Assembly: GCF_006345805.1 (NCBI RefSeq)
Contig: NC_043013.1
Coordinates: 23,808,001-23,872,000 of the forward strand
Reading direction: 5' to 3'
Origin: Octopus sinensis
Lineage: Eukaryota
DNA: 64,000 nt
Below the pieces are notes generated by a model. It worked only from the letters and a program-made list of their open reading frames with translations. It made no database searches and was not told where the DNA came from. Below are positions 48,028-61,399 of the stretch, piece after piece. Both the position numbers and the translations under genes were made by a program. Within the stretch, counting starts at the first letter, position 1, and every line of letters begins with the position of its first letter.

Positions 48028-49800
48028 TCATCATCATTATTTAACATCTATTTTCCATGCTGGCATGGTTTGGACAGTTTGACAGGAACTGGGAAGGCCA
48101 GGGGCCACACCAGACTCCATTGTCTGTTCTGGCATGGTTTCTATGGCTGGATGCCTTTCTTAATGCCAACCACTTCACAGAGTGGACTGGGTGCTTTTTA
48201 TGTGACACCAGCACCACTGCTTTGGATGTGGCAGCAGCATTGGTGTCAATTCTCTTGTGGTGGACACGTCTTCTTGAGAACAGTGAGGCACTAGATATCT
48301 CAGTCCTTTGTCATCTCTTTCATAAGGTTGTGTCTTAAGATTGGCCTTCAATACTTTGTCCCATATCTTCCTGAGTCTCCCTCTTTCACAAGTTACATCC
48401 ACTTTACATGATCGACACTTCTGTATGCAATTGTCCACATCTGTTCACATCACATGACCAAACTAGCGCACTGCATCTAATTCCTTTTATGCCTAACTTT
48501 TCTCTCGGCACACTAGTGCTCTGTTGCACATATACACTGACATTGTGCATCCAATGAAGCATACCAACATCATCACTTATGCATTCAGGGCTTGTGTCTC
48601 ACTACCACTTGTAGCATTGCTGTTCGTACACATGCATCATACAATCTTTAATTTACTCTGAGAGAGATCTTTGGTTGCCAACAGAGATAAAAGCTCTCTG
48701 GATTTCACCCTCCTATTATTCTAGTAATTAAACTCCTGAAATACCCACCTCCACAGCTAATTAGGTACTTCTAGAGAGCCTCTGGAGCATTTGAGAAAAT
48801 CAATTTCCTGTGTATCAATAAACTTTTTGACTCTGTTCATCTTCCACACACAAATACTTTCTCCATAAACCTACCTGTGCTTCCACTGCATCTCTTGTGT
48901 GTCCATAGCTTGCACTGGGTACACCTTTCCTACAAATTGATCAAGGCCATTTACCTGATGAGGGAAGGGTCCTGTTTGTTCTCTTGCTCACTAGAACATT
49001 AGTCTTTGCTAAATTAACCTTAAGGCTCTTTTATCCACAGTTTTGCTTCCACACCTGACATTTCTTTTCTAGTTCTGTTACACAATATACTATAAGAGCA
49101 AGCTCATCAGCATATAACAGTTCCCAGGGACAGCCATTCTTGAATTCCTCTGTTATGGCCTGGAGGACAAGGATGAATAGGAAGGGACTAATAACTGAAC
49201 CCTAATGAATGCCTACCTGTACACTAAATTCATCATTATACTCATGGTTATCTCTCACCTTACTGACAAAACCTTTGTACATGACTAGTACGGCATTTAG
49301 AAGCCACACGTTTACCCCTAGCTTCCTCAGAGCCCACCATATTACACAGCGGGTTACTCTGTCAAAGGCTTTCTCCAACTCAGCAAACATGAAGTACAAT
49401 GGTTTATTCTTAGCTAAATACTTCTGCTGCAGTCGCCTGACTATAAAAATAGCACCAGTAGTGCTTCTTGCCGGCGCAAAGCCAAACTGCATTTCATCTA
49501 ATCTGATTCTGTTCCTAATTAATTGGGTTGTAACTCTTTCCATAACTTTCATGACCTGGTCCAGCAACTTGATGCTTCTGTAATTACTTCTATCTAATGC
49601 ATCTCCTTAACGCTTGTGGCTGCTGACTTATAATGCAGCAACACCAGTCATTGAGGATGACACCTTCCTGAATAATTTGATTAACTACGTGGGTGACTAT
49701 ACTGTATCCTGCTCTGCCAAATATTTTAAGCATCTCAGTGGTGACTCCCAATGGACCAGGGGCTTTCCCTGTCTTCAAATCCTTAATTGCCTTATCTGTG
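48028..49800 (-). mobile_element. RTE-clade LINE, 5'-truncated: RT domain, C-terminus and 3' UTR with (GAT)n tail
   Basis: MKTGKAPGP; QFGFAPARSTTGAIFIVRRLQQKY...AELEKAFDRV; GSVISPFLFILVLQAITEEF; LLYADELAL; multiple stops. Continuous with the tail family at 48028-48240. Confidence 0.93.
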
Positions 49801-50209
49801 TGTGTGTGAAAGAGGAATTTGATAGACGTGAGAAAAATTTTAATTTAGCTCTGTTAATCACAACCAATGAATTTTAGCTGTTTTAAAAAAAAGAAAAATG
49901 GATTGAAAATATCGAATAAGGTATGTCAGAAACATAGTATTTCTTACATGTAACATATAGGTTGACTAACTTCTTTGCTTTTTGCAGTAAAGGTTTTAAG
50001 TACACAATTTAATATCATTATGACATTATGAATTTGGATTATTTCAGCTACAGTTGCTTACAAACTGTTTTGGGAGGAATATTGTATCTGCTTATGAGAA
50101 GTTTTGCTCTCTCCCATATTTACTTTTATAATTCTGAACTAACAGGTCTTTTGGTGTGTTATATGCAAGAAATTCTCTCTCTCTCTCTATATGTATATAT
50201 ATATATATA

Positions 50210-50734
50210 TTTCCTTTTCTGAGCATCTGATAATACAGTACTTGTACCATGTCCTCTCATTATTGTTTTTTCTTGTTTGTCCTTCTTTGTTTGGATTCAC
50301 TATATACTGCACGCTCACACGGACCCCGGCCTTCTGACTGACTTTGGAGTACCTAATTCGCAGAATTCTTCTACCTTGAGATTACTGTTCCTGTTCATTC
50401 GGATTACGCCATTTCTGCACCTTGAATGGGAATCATTACAATTTGTCTGTGACTCTTCCACTTTATCTCGTCCTCCTTCTACCTATCTTCTGTTCTACTT
50501 CCACTCTCCTTCCTTCTTTCTCTTTTCCTTTTTGTCACCACCATTAACTGCGTGTGTATCGTTGGCAATTCTCTTCCTCTGTCTTCCCTTCCTTTGGACT
50601 TTCCTCTGTTTCTAAAGAAGAGTTTGGCTCTAAACATTAAATCCTCTTTCCTTCCTTTCCTGAGCGTCTGATAATACAGTACTTGTACCACGTTCTCATG
50701 TTATTATTTTTTCTTGTTTGTCCTTTGTTTGGAT

Positions 50735-50745
<11 letters not shown>
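50210..50745 (+). mobile_element. Penelope-type partial tandem (direct repeats 50210-50305 and 50655-50745) with degenerate hammerhead at ~50609-50640
   Basis: An ~90-bp direct repeat (...CTGATAATACAGTACTTGTACCA...GGATTCACTATATA) flanks a segment with TTT-CTAAAGA-A-GAGT-TTG-GCTC-TAAA-CATT-AAA. Confidence 0.55.
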
Positions 50746-50788
<43 letters not shown>

Positions 50789-51140
50789 TTTCTTATTGAT
50801 TTTTAAACTTGAATTACAAAAATAGTTCACTTGATAGCATTTGTTTGGCAAATCATTGAAATTTGATTGTTTTACTTGAAGTAACTTTTCAATTTCTTAA
50901 ATTATCCCTAAAAAAAGAATATAAAGTATTTGAATGTGTATTCTAGAAAAAAATTTTCATTTACATTTATCAGAAATGATGATGCTAGATGAATTCTTTG
51001 AAATTTGATTGTTTGAACTTCAAAACTTTATATCCAAATAAAGGTTTCAGGAATCTATCAGGTTATTTTTTTACCAGACGCCATGATAGATCGTTAGCTA
51101 CTACACACATTTTTTTACTCTCCTTGTTTTTTTATGTGTA

Positions 51141-51178
51141 TCTTTCTGTAGAAGAGCGTAGGCTCGAAACGTAAAAGA
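51141..51178 (+). ncRNA. Minimal hammerhead motif (CUGUAGA core) in a Penelope-type pLTR
   Basis: TCTTT-CTGTAGA-A-GAGC-GTAG-GCTC-GAAA-CGTA-AAAGA. Stem I is 5 bp, stem II is perfect, and stem III is reduced to the ACGT palindrome. Confidence 0.65.
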
Positions 51179-51737
51179 CTTTTTCTATTACTGAGCGCTA
51201 TACTAATACATCTGTTTGTTTGTACACCACCTGCCTTTGTCTTTTGTTTATTTTCGTAAACTTTCCCTTTATTTTTTTACTAAGTTAATTACAGCTTTCA
51301 GTTGTGGTCCCCTGAAACCCAAGCTGTTCCCGATTCTTCTATTAATTTATCTTGACTGACCACTAACCAGTACACTTTCCCTTTTTTCATTCCTTTTTTA
51401 TCTTTCTCCCTGCTTTTCTTTTTTTTCTTTCCTTTTTCCTCTTTTCCTGTTTTTGATTTGACATTACAAACACACTTCCAACTTTTAAGTCACTTCAAAA
51501 AAAAACCCTCGATTCAATAACACCGTTTACAAACTCTATGCTTGGAATGACCAATTTTAAATACTATTGGAACTTATACACAAGGTACAGGAATCTTATA
51601 TGTATACCATTCTGCCTGAATAATGGAATTGCAGATACAATATCCCTGCATATTTCACATCTATTTTCATTCCTCCACTTCACTCTCTATTTCATATCTT
51701 ATCTAGAATAACTATTGCTTAACCATTTTCTTACACC

Positions 51738-51785
51738 GTCTCCAATGAAGGGATATGTAAAATATCCCGGAAACAGCTGTAAGAC
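51738..51785 (+). ncRNA. Hammerhead-topology motif with non-canonical CCAAUGA core
   Basis: GTCT-CCAATGA-A-GGGATAT-GTAAA-ATATCCC-G-GAAA-CAGCTG-TA-AGAC. Further copies at ~3557-3605 (-) and ~3778-3826 (+). Confidence 0.55.
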
Positions 51786-52000
51786 CTCTTTATAAATGTT
51801 TTGAAATCTTTCACAGCCTTGGATTTTCATCTCATTCTGTTCATTTTTTTGTATATACACATGCTGATATATGACTTACGTTGGACTCCTCATTCACATA
51901 ATCTCTGAACCTGGAGCTTAACTATAGTCTGTCCATAGCACTTACTCAGCATTACCTGACACCTTTGGGTCTTCTTGACACCATACCGCTCATAACCTCA

Positions 52001-52081
<81 letters not shown>

Positions 52082-52935
52082 ATATATGTATGTTATAGTC
52101 TTTTACTTGTTTGAGTCATTTGACTGTGGCCATGCAGTCAAATGACTCGAACAAATTGACCACAGGTCTTATTCTTTGTAAGCCTAGTACTTATTCTATT
52201 GGTCTCTTTTGCCGAACCACTAAGTATGTGTGATGATGATGATATCCAGAATTTATTTTTTCATTGTTGTTAGCACTTACATTCCTTTCTAGAACTTGTC
52301 AAATAAAATTTTGTGAATGTACAAACAGTTCTTTCATTTATATAAAACATGTTTTTTTTGGGTTTTGTTTTGAAGAGAACATTGTTTTTGTTTTTTTGGG
52401 TGAGGTTCCATGACAATGGAGAGGGATAGATAAAAATATAGGTAGGTAGATAGGCTGATAGATAGACAGACAGACCGACAAACAGATGGGTAGAGGGAAA
52501 GAGAGAGAGAAAAGGGGTATCCCCCTTCCTATTCACCATTCATTCATTTATTTACTTAGTCCTTTATCATTGTATTGGAATGGATTTAAGGATGATGACC
52601 AGATTGGTCATCACTGAAAGTCATTTTGTTTTCTTCCTCTCTTCCCCCTTTTTTCCTTCTTTCATTTTTCCTCCTTTCTTTTTCTCCTCTTTGAGTTATA
52701 TTTAGAATATACCCCTTCCAAACATTCATTTTTGGAGAGAATGTTTTGATAAAGTGTCGTTCTGCATGAAAATACATTAGTATGATATGTGCAAATTAAC
52801 AATTTGAAAAATCAATCAGTAACTAAAATAAAACGAATATATATATATATATATATACACACACAATGTATATATAAATACATACACATACATATATATA
52901 CATATATACACACACAAACACACACATATATACAG

Positions 52936-53020
<85 letters not shown>

Positions 53021-53559
53021 CATCATCATTTAGCGTCCGCTTTCCATGCTAGCATGGGTTGGACGGTTCAACTGGGGTCTGTGAAGCCAGAAGGCTGCAT
53101 CAGGCCCAGTCTGATCTGGCAGTGTTTCTACAGCTGGATGCACTTCCTAACGCCAACCACTCCGTGAGTGTAGTGGGTGCTTTTTACATGCCACCCGCAC
53201 AGGTGCCAGACGGAGCTGGCAAACGGTCACGGACGGATGGTGCTTTTTACGTGCCACCGGCACGGGGGCCAGGCAAGTCTGGCAATGGCCACGATCGGAT
53301 GGTGCTTTTTACGTGCCACCGGCATGGGGGCCAAGCGTATATATATATATATATATATACGTAAAGCTAAAACATCCAAATGCTATACATATATATATCT
53401 GAACATTTGTAGAGATGAGCCACATTTGGAATAAAGAATTCAAATTCTCCACTTTACCTTCAAACATTCAATTTTAGGGAGAATCCCTTGATGAAGTGTG
53501 TGGTGTGTGTGTGTATGCATGCATGTTTCTGTATGTGTGTGAGTGTATGCATATTTGTG

Positions 53560-54380
53560 AGTGTGTGAGTGTGTGTTTGGGGACATGTTCATGTTATACT
53601 TTGTAACTTCGATCACGCCTCTTTCAATTCTATGATTTTGCGTTAGAGAACATTAGTATACCACTTAGAAAATGTACTCTCTCTGCTTTTCTTTCAAACA
53701 TACAATTTTGGAGAGAATTTTTTGATGAACTGTAGTTCCATTGCTTTTCGGTATTGCGGATCGTCCTGTGCACTTTTGTAAAAGGGAAAAATTTTGAATT
53801 TTCCATCGCTGCATATTTCCAGATGCTTACTAATGGAATCTTGTGTAATACTTCTTGTTGGATAGGTTCCTGTGGATTCTTGCATGTTGGCAGAGAGAAT
53901 TATTTGTTTCACCAATGTAATTTTCTTTGCAGTTTGGGCAGGTAATGCAGTATATGAGCTTTTGTATTTTGCAGTTCATATCTGCATTTATTTTATGTGA
54001 GAACCACTTTCCAATTATTTGAAGTTGTTGATATTGTTGCATGTTTCACATCTCCTATCTCCACATTCTTTTACTAAGAATTCTGATTCATTCTCTGATT
54101 TGAATTCTACCCTTGTGAGGTGTTTTTTAAGATTTCTTGGTTGGCATCTGCTATTCCATAAGGTGTTTTTTTTCAATCAGAGCTTTCATTTTGGGAGTTT
54201 GTAGGAGTTTAGGTAAGTTCAGTTTTATGACATGAAAGATGTTGGTTATTCCAGGACTGTGTGTGTTAATGAACGGAATCTTGTTTCCATTAACTTTTTT
54301 CTTAGGTGTCTGTAGTTGAAAGTTTCCTCATTTGAATTTGTTGTTCTCTTTTGAACTTTGAGAAAAGGTATTTTATATCA
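53560..54380 (-). mobile_element. Penelope-like element fragment (RT C-terminus, linker, GIY-YIG endonuclease), frameshifted
   Basis: ORF 53830-54042 has LIYCITCPNCKENYIGET (GIY-YIG). ORF 53694-53915 has ISKHLEICSDGKFKIFPF...RKAMELQFIKKFSPKL. Cys-rich linker CGDRRCETC lies upstream. Confidence 0.9.
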
Positions 54381-54788
54381 AAATATCGGAATATATATTA
54401 ATATTTATTTATATTAACTGAAGGTACTACTATGCAGCATCTTTATTTTAGATGATCTTGGTCATATGTTTCATTCCTGTTTTGGAGATAGCCATCTTCA
54501 GCAAGGCACAATCAAAGCAGAAGAATCTGTATTAATTCAAGACTTAATAATCTGATGCAGAAAAATATAGCAAACTTTGTGTAGAAACTTATTGGAAGGA
54601 CCATGTCTGTTGTTGGGTGACAGACCTTATTTATTTCTAGTTTAATACTGCCACTTGGTTTTAAATATCTTCAGCAAAGTTCATTCTGTTGCAGGCATTT
54701 AGGTCAGACATCTGGGATGAGAATAACCCATGATGTATTTCTTTTTCTATTCCCTTCAATAGTCCCACCAAAAGATCTTTGTCTAACT

Positions 54789-55106
54789 CAGTGGCTCTTA
54801 ACTGGGGTCGTTATGATCCCTGGGAGTGAGGTGGGGGCATAAATGATTTTTTTTTTGTGGATCCATGCAAGCAAAATAGTAGAATTAGGGATTCACAATA
54901 GTATTCTAAGGGTCCATGAAAAAATTTTTAATTTTGATGTAGTTATTGCCAGAAAGAGCTAGGTTTCTTTTTGTAATGTTTTATATGGTCCAACCTACAA
55001 AAGTGAATATGTGGAAAGCAAAGTAGAAATTTGGAAAGAAGTATCTATAAAATTAGTTTTTAAACATCAAAGGGGTACATTGGTAAAAAGTTATTGAGAT
55101 CCACTG
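54789..55106. mobile_element. hAT-type MITE
   Basis: CAGTGG...CCACTG with perfect 8-bp TSD GTCTAACT (54781-54788 and 55107-55114). Confidence 0.85.
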
Positions 55107-56084
55107 GTCTAACTAGTCCATAACCTTTCTTCCCCTCCCCCCTCCCCACAAAAAAAATTGATATAGAAAAATATTATTAAATTTGTTGTAGTGAGCATTG
55201 TAGTTTCTGGGAAAGCTGTAAAATCTATGATTATATTTAGGAAACATTGCTATCATCACTATGTATTTTTTTAGCTTTGAATATTTTTAGGTTTCATATC
55301 TATTTGAGAAAGCATCATTCAAACAATATATAATAACTTAATTGTGTATACCCCACGAGATGACTGCTTTAATATCTACTTCAAATTTTATATAAATATT
55401 TGTAAAATCACAGTAGTAGTTATTTCCTGAAGGCAAGTATAAATTCAAGTCTGACTTGACTTAAATATCAACTAACCAGAGAAAAAAACATAATTCAGCT
55501 GGAATGCTCTAATGTTATTTAATGGCAGTGAAAATATTGGAATTCCTTCATTAAAAGACACACTCTCTCTCTCCCTCTCATGCACATACACATATAAGCA
55601 GTACTAGATTTTATCTACTAATTTAACCATTAGTCAATAGGTTCAAGTGTAATATAATAAGATGAATTATTTTTTTTGTTGAAAAAAGACTTATTCACTA
55701 GTATCACATTCTAACATTTTGACCTTGATTAGTTAAAAATATCACTCCAATGTAGTCATATTTCCAACAGTTTTAATCTTAGATTTGTTCCTATTTGTAT
55801 ATTTAAATATATATTTTTTTCAAATGTAGCTTGCACAATCTTGCTTTTCCAAAACACTTTTTTTTATTGGCATGTTGCTTTTTCATAATTTCATATATTC
55901 CATTGTAGTTTTAAAAGTGTTATAGTCACGCACTGGACTTTTAAACATGTAACAGTAATTAGATTTTAGTTTTTACATTCTGAGTTCAAATTCCAGTAGG
56001 ATCAACATTGTCTTTAGTCCATTTATAGTTTTGATTCAATTAACTGTGCCCAACTATAGAATTTAGGGACATATAAAAAAAAAA

Positions 56085-57610
56085 TCATCACCATTTAATG
56101 TCCATTTTCCATGTTGGCATTAGTTAGGCTGTTTGACATGAAGCTGGTCAGTCTCCAATTATTTGTTGTGGCATGGTTTTGACGGCTACCTTTCCTAATG
56201 CCAACTACTTAACAAGAGTGTGTTGGGTGCTTTTTACATGTCACCAGCATGGGTGGGTTTTATGCTGCATTGGTATGGGTGCGTTTACCCAGCACCAGCA
56301 CGAGTGCTTTTTATGTGACATGGACACCAGAAACGGACTGCGTGTGGAAGACAGTGATTTTACTTAGCTTGATGCATCTGACCAAGTACAGCAAATCTCC
56401 ACATCTCCCCGTCCCTTGTCATTTCCTCAGTGAGACCCAGCATCCGAAGATCCTTTCTCACCACCTCATCCCACATCTTCCTGAGTCTATCCCTTCCTCA
56501 GCTACCCCCCTCAATTAGAACTCACCACTTCTTTACGCAGCTGTCCTCATCCATTCGCATCACATGACCAAACCAGCACAGTCGCCTTCTCTCTTGCGCA
56601 CAACATCTCATGCCTCTTGTACCCAGTTTTCCTCTTTAATCATTTACACGGCCGTGTGTGCACACTGACAATACCCATCCAGCAGAGCCTGCTAGCTTAA
56701 TTTCTTTCAAGTCTTCACATGTCCTCTGTAGTCAAAGCCCATGTTTCACTGCCATGTAACGTAGCTGTGCATATAAGGCATTATACAATCTGCCTTTCTT
56801 TCTGAGGGAGGGGCCCTTAGTTACTAACAAAGGTAGAAGCTCTCTGAACTTTGCCCAGCCCTTTCTTATTCTAGCAACTACACTTTCAGAATTTCCTCTA
56901 CCACTACCAACTTGGTCTCCTAGGTAACAGAAGCTATCAACTACTTCTAATGATACCTATTTCTTTACTACCCACAAGGGGCCAAACATAAAGAGGACAA
57001 ATGGATTAAGTTGATTATATCGACCCCAGTGCGTAACTAGTACTTATTTAATCGACCCCGAAAGGATGAAAGGCAAAGTCGACCTCGGCAGAATTTGAAC
57101 TCAGAACGTAACGGCAGATGAAATACGGCTATGCATTTCGCCTGGTGTGCTAACGTTTCTGCCAGCTCGCCGCCTTCTAATGATACCCTGAACATTTGAG
57201 GGAGTCTGTTGTCTGCATTGTTAGTGCTTATTGTACCTGCACATTTTCCACACACAAAGACTATTCTTTGTTAACCTTCCTGTGATACTGCTACACCTCT
57301 TATGCTTCTAAAGCTTGCACTAGGTACAACATATGGAGTTTCTACCAACACCTTTCTTACGTATTGAGCAGGGCTATCTCCCTGAAGGGACTTGTGATTT
57401 GTCTGTTTTCCTACTTACTAGGACTTTGGTTTTTGCTAAATTAACTCTGTGGCCCTTAGATTCCAGGCCTTGCTTCCACACCTGAAATTTCTTCTCTAGG
57501 TCTGGTAGTGATTCAGCTATAAGAACCAGTTCATCAGTATAGAGGAGATCCTAGGGGCAGCCAGTCTTGAATTCCTATGTTAAGGCCTGGAGAACTAAGA
57601 TAAGCAAGAG
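56085..57610 (-). mobile_element. Second RTE LINE copy of the same family, interrupted by a SINE
   Basis: Similar to 48028-49200 (RT C-terminal half plus 3' UTR). SINE at 56958-57173 is flanked by the 14-bp TSD CTTCTAATGATACC (56944-56957 and 57174-57187). Confidence 0.88.
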
Positions 57611-58261
57611 GAGGCTGAGAACTGAGACTTGGTGAACTCCTACTTGTACACTGGCGACGGCGATGATGATGATGACACTGTATGTATGTGTGTGCATATA
57701 TATAAAATGCTGCAAGAACAGACAAACCAGAAAAACAACTCCGGAACTATAATTTTTTAAATGGTTTTAACCAGAGGGAAGGGTCTGTACCCATGACATT
57801 TGAAAGCCCTCCAAGACAAGTGAAATTGATATGAGTGACATTCAGATTGTCTGCAGGAGTTGCAAGTAGGAAGGTAATTTCAGAGTGTTCAATGTTGTTG
57901 AGAAGAAGGAGCAGGATCCCAAATGGGTAATGAAAAGTGAGTGGGCTTAAGTGGAGGAGGTATGCAACTGGATGGCTTAGGAATGGCAGAAGCTGTTGTA
58001 GATTCAGTAGAATGGGCAGTGAAAAGACGACGTAACACCTGTGGGCCAAAGGTTGGAGCTTGGTTTCTGAATGAGCTCATGCCAATCAGTTTTTGATGTA
58101 TTTAAGAATTATTTTTGTGTGTAGCAGCTGTCTCAGATATAGGAACAATATGCCTTTGTGGTTCTTATAAAAAACAAGTACAGCTTAAGTTTCTCTCTCC
58201 ATGAAAATTTCCGATTTTGAAAACCATAGGAACATTAAATTATATATTTCTATTCAAACAA

Positions 58262-58491
58262 TTAACCCTTTTGTTACCATATTTCTTTTGAGATGCTCTG
58301 TGTTTCTTCCAATTAATTTTAAATATAACAAAGAATTTAGTAAAATAACTTAGTTATCATTAAGCTAATGTTAGGAACATAAATTGTGACTAAGGTTTGG
58401 TGAAATATTTTAATTCAAAACTTTCAAAAGCAAGATTTTTGTTCTACAGAGCCAGAGGCGGTTTCAGGCGGGTTGGTAACGAAAGGGTTAA
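58262..58491. mobile_element. piggyBac-type MITE, second family
   Basis: TTAA|CCCTTTTGTTACCA...TGGTAACGAAAGGG|TTAA. Confidence 0.8.
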
Positions 58492-60467
58492 GTTAAAGCA
58501 TTAATTAGAATGAATGTTTGCCCTAAGATATTTGAGCATTCAGCTTAATTCAGATTTACGTGCAAATTTTTGTATGCAACTACAAAAAGTTAATAGTTTT
58601 AAAATGTTGGGGAGCTCAGAGTGTTATGCAACAAATTATTGCAGTATTCCATGTTGGAAGCTTTAAAGAGGAAATTTCTGAGTTTGTAGTTGCAGCTTAC
58701 TTATCTTTTTCTCTTTGTAACATTGAAATGGCTGACATCTATATTGAACACATTATTTTGTAATCAATATTGATCTTGCTTATAATAGCACATCATTCAG
58801 TAATCAATGTTCATCTAGTTCACAAAAAGTGATTTTGAAAAATAAAATTTTAAGAAAGGAAAAATACAACATTATTTTAAATTTACTTCAAAATATACCC
58901 CACCACCACCACCCAATTTTATTTAATTGAAGAGTTTTCATAATTAAAACTAAACAGTATTTCAGAGAAATGAATATTTATATGAAGAAATAATTGATTT
59001 CCTTCCAATATATCAGATCATTTTTATTTATGACTGTGTAATTAAGAAGTTTAGATCCGGGTTTGATTTCATTGTGAAATACTTTGGGGTGATTTCTACC
59101 GAACATAGCGCTAAGATTAATTGATGCCTCGTCACAGAATATAAATGGACTGTACGTGTTGTCGGTCAGTATACTTAATCCATTTTCTGATTTAATACCT
59201 CCAACGTGGTGTCTTTACTGCAAGAATTTAGGCTAGCTTTTCTGCATGAGGATAACTTGATTGAGTTCATTGCTTTTTTCCAATACAGCGATTCATGTAA
59301 CATGTTTTCTCTCCTCTCCAGTTGCAGAGGCTCTGCTGAAAGATCATGAATGCTACTCTTTCTCTTCAGATTAAACCATTAAAAAAACTAAACAAAACAG
59401 CATATGCAGGAGTTGACTTGATTGGATTGTATATGTTGAGTTAACCCTTTAATTATTTCATACATAATTAAAGAAAGTAATAATGTTAATGAAGATTAAA
59501 TAATACCTAGAAGTTCTCACTAAGTACTCTTAGTGCTTTTCCTTTTCCCTTTTCCATTCCAATTCAGTGCTTCTAATGTCCAAATTTCACTTTACACTAA
59601 CATTTAGAAGTCTGTTCATGCTCAAAATACCATTTTATATCTATGAAATTTAATTATAATTAAGGTATCCTGTAAAATTTGATAACCCTTCCCTACACAA
59701 GTTATGCAGTTATCTGAATTCGCAGGCTGGTTGTAGATCTTCAGATTGCTGCATGATTTGTGAGAGTGATGCTTTCCATTAAATTTACCAAGATTAATCT
59801 TCAAAGTAATTTCATTCAGTTGTTCTTTTATCTTCCAAATACAGAAAAGTTCTATAAAATCACAAGAATCGAAAAGGATTAATGCTTCCATGTGTGGGAC
59901 AATGCTGCTGCTGCTGCTACACACCCCCATCCTAAACGACATCCAAAACAAAGCTTTCTGGCTGATTGACAAATGTTCACTTGTCTGTAGACTAATTTTG
60001 GTTTTAAAACTTAACCCTTTGGCATTCAGATTACTCTGTCAACAATAATACTTATTTATTCGCATTGTTTTGAATTAATCATGTATTATCTCATACCTTC
60101 AAAAGTTCAATGTTGTGACTATTTTTAGAATGACATTGTATGGTATGTGTGAAAGGCCAAATCTGTCCAGTTTTTACATAAAACAGGTAGATTATATGGG
60201 CTGAATATGGTTGGTTTAAATGCTAAAGGGTTAATGCAACATTTCACATTATGGGGAAGCCCCTTAATGGTTGCACTCAATCTACTGGCAGAAAAAAACA
60301 GTTAAATTACTTCAAATCAAACTCTACAGTAGATGTACAAAAAAAAAAAATTGGATCATTACAACTGGAATACCTTTGAAACCCCATTGGCCTGCTTGAT
60401 CAATGCTGAACAAATTTCTTTATACTTACGAAAAAAAAAAAATACTTGAGATACACAAAAAACTTGA

Positions 60468-60639
60468 GGCATAGGAGTGGCTGTGTGTTAAGTAGCTTGC
60501 TTACCAACCACATGGCTCTGGGTTCAGTCCCTCTGCGTGGCACCTTGGGCAAGTGTCTTCTACAATAGCCTCAGGGCGAACAAAGCCTTGTGAGTGGATT
60601 TGGTAGACAGAAACTGAAAGAAGCCCATCGTATATATGT

Positions 60640-60701
<62 letters not shown>

Positions 60702-60918
60702 ATATGTTTGTATGTATGTGTTTGTCCCCCCAGCATCGCTTGACAACTGATGCTGGTATGTTTACATCCCCGTAACTTAGTGGTTCAGCCAAAGAGACCG
60801 ATAGAATAAGTACTAGGCTTACAAAGAATAAGTCCTGGGGTCGATTTGCTCGACTAAACGGCAGTGCTCAAGCATGGCCGCAGTCAAATGACTGAAACAA
60901 GTAAAAGAGAGTAAAGAG
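60468..60918 (+). mobile_element. SINE family S2 (tRNA-like head, CORE-like GCACCTTGGGCAAGT, internal TA/TG microsatellite, GTAAAAGA tail); full-length copy
   Basis: A-box/B-box-like head TGGCTGTGTGTTAAG...GGTTCAGTCCC. Other copies or halves at ~3289, 4090, 12130(-), 13490, 15838, 16828, 24060(-), 42645, 44548, 52095(-). Confidence 0.85.
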
Positions 60919-61399
60919 TATATACTAATCTGAGCTATGTACTTGGAGAATGTGGTTACTTAAGTCCATAGACTTGTCTTCTTTGCTATGTTTATATTAC
61001 CACAAAGGTTTGTTTTCAACTTGTTGGTTGCATGCCACTTCCAGCTAGGCTTAATTGTCTCTTCTTTGTTACCCCTTTTAGGTCTTGTAATCTGGGCCCT
61101 GCACTAACTGCTTTATTCACTTCTTTCCCCTCAGAACTTCAGTATTCTGAGCCTCACTCCTGTCAACATTTCCCTGCTCATGTCTGTTTACAAAAACTCA
61201 CACTGAACACCAACTACATCACTCTCAACAGTTTCTGAAGTCTTTTACAAGACCCATGATCACTGTTCCACCTACTGTGATTTAGCTATAAAAAGAATAC
61301 AATTCTATTTCTTATATGCAAAGACAGGTCTTTATATACAAGATCTGTCTTCAAAGCTCTTTTAATGATATTATTAAATGGAACAAAGAAGTGTTTTAT

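Noticed and set aside
59281-59990. Plus-strand acceptors (~59327, ~59845) and a 116-aa minus ORF with a (GCT)n tract
   Set aside because: No AGAP similarity, early stops in the phase-1 frame, and no recognisable domain.
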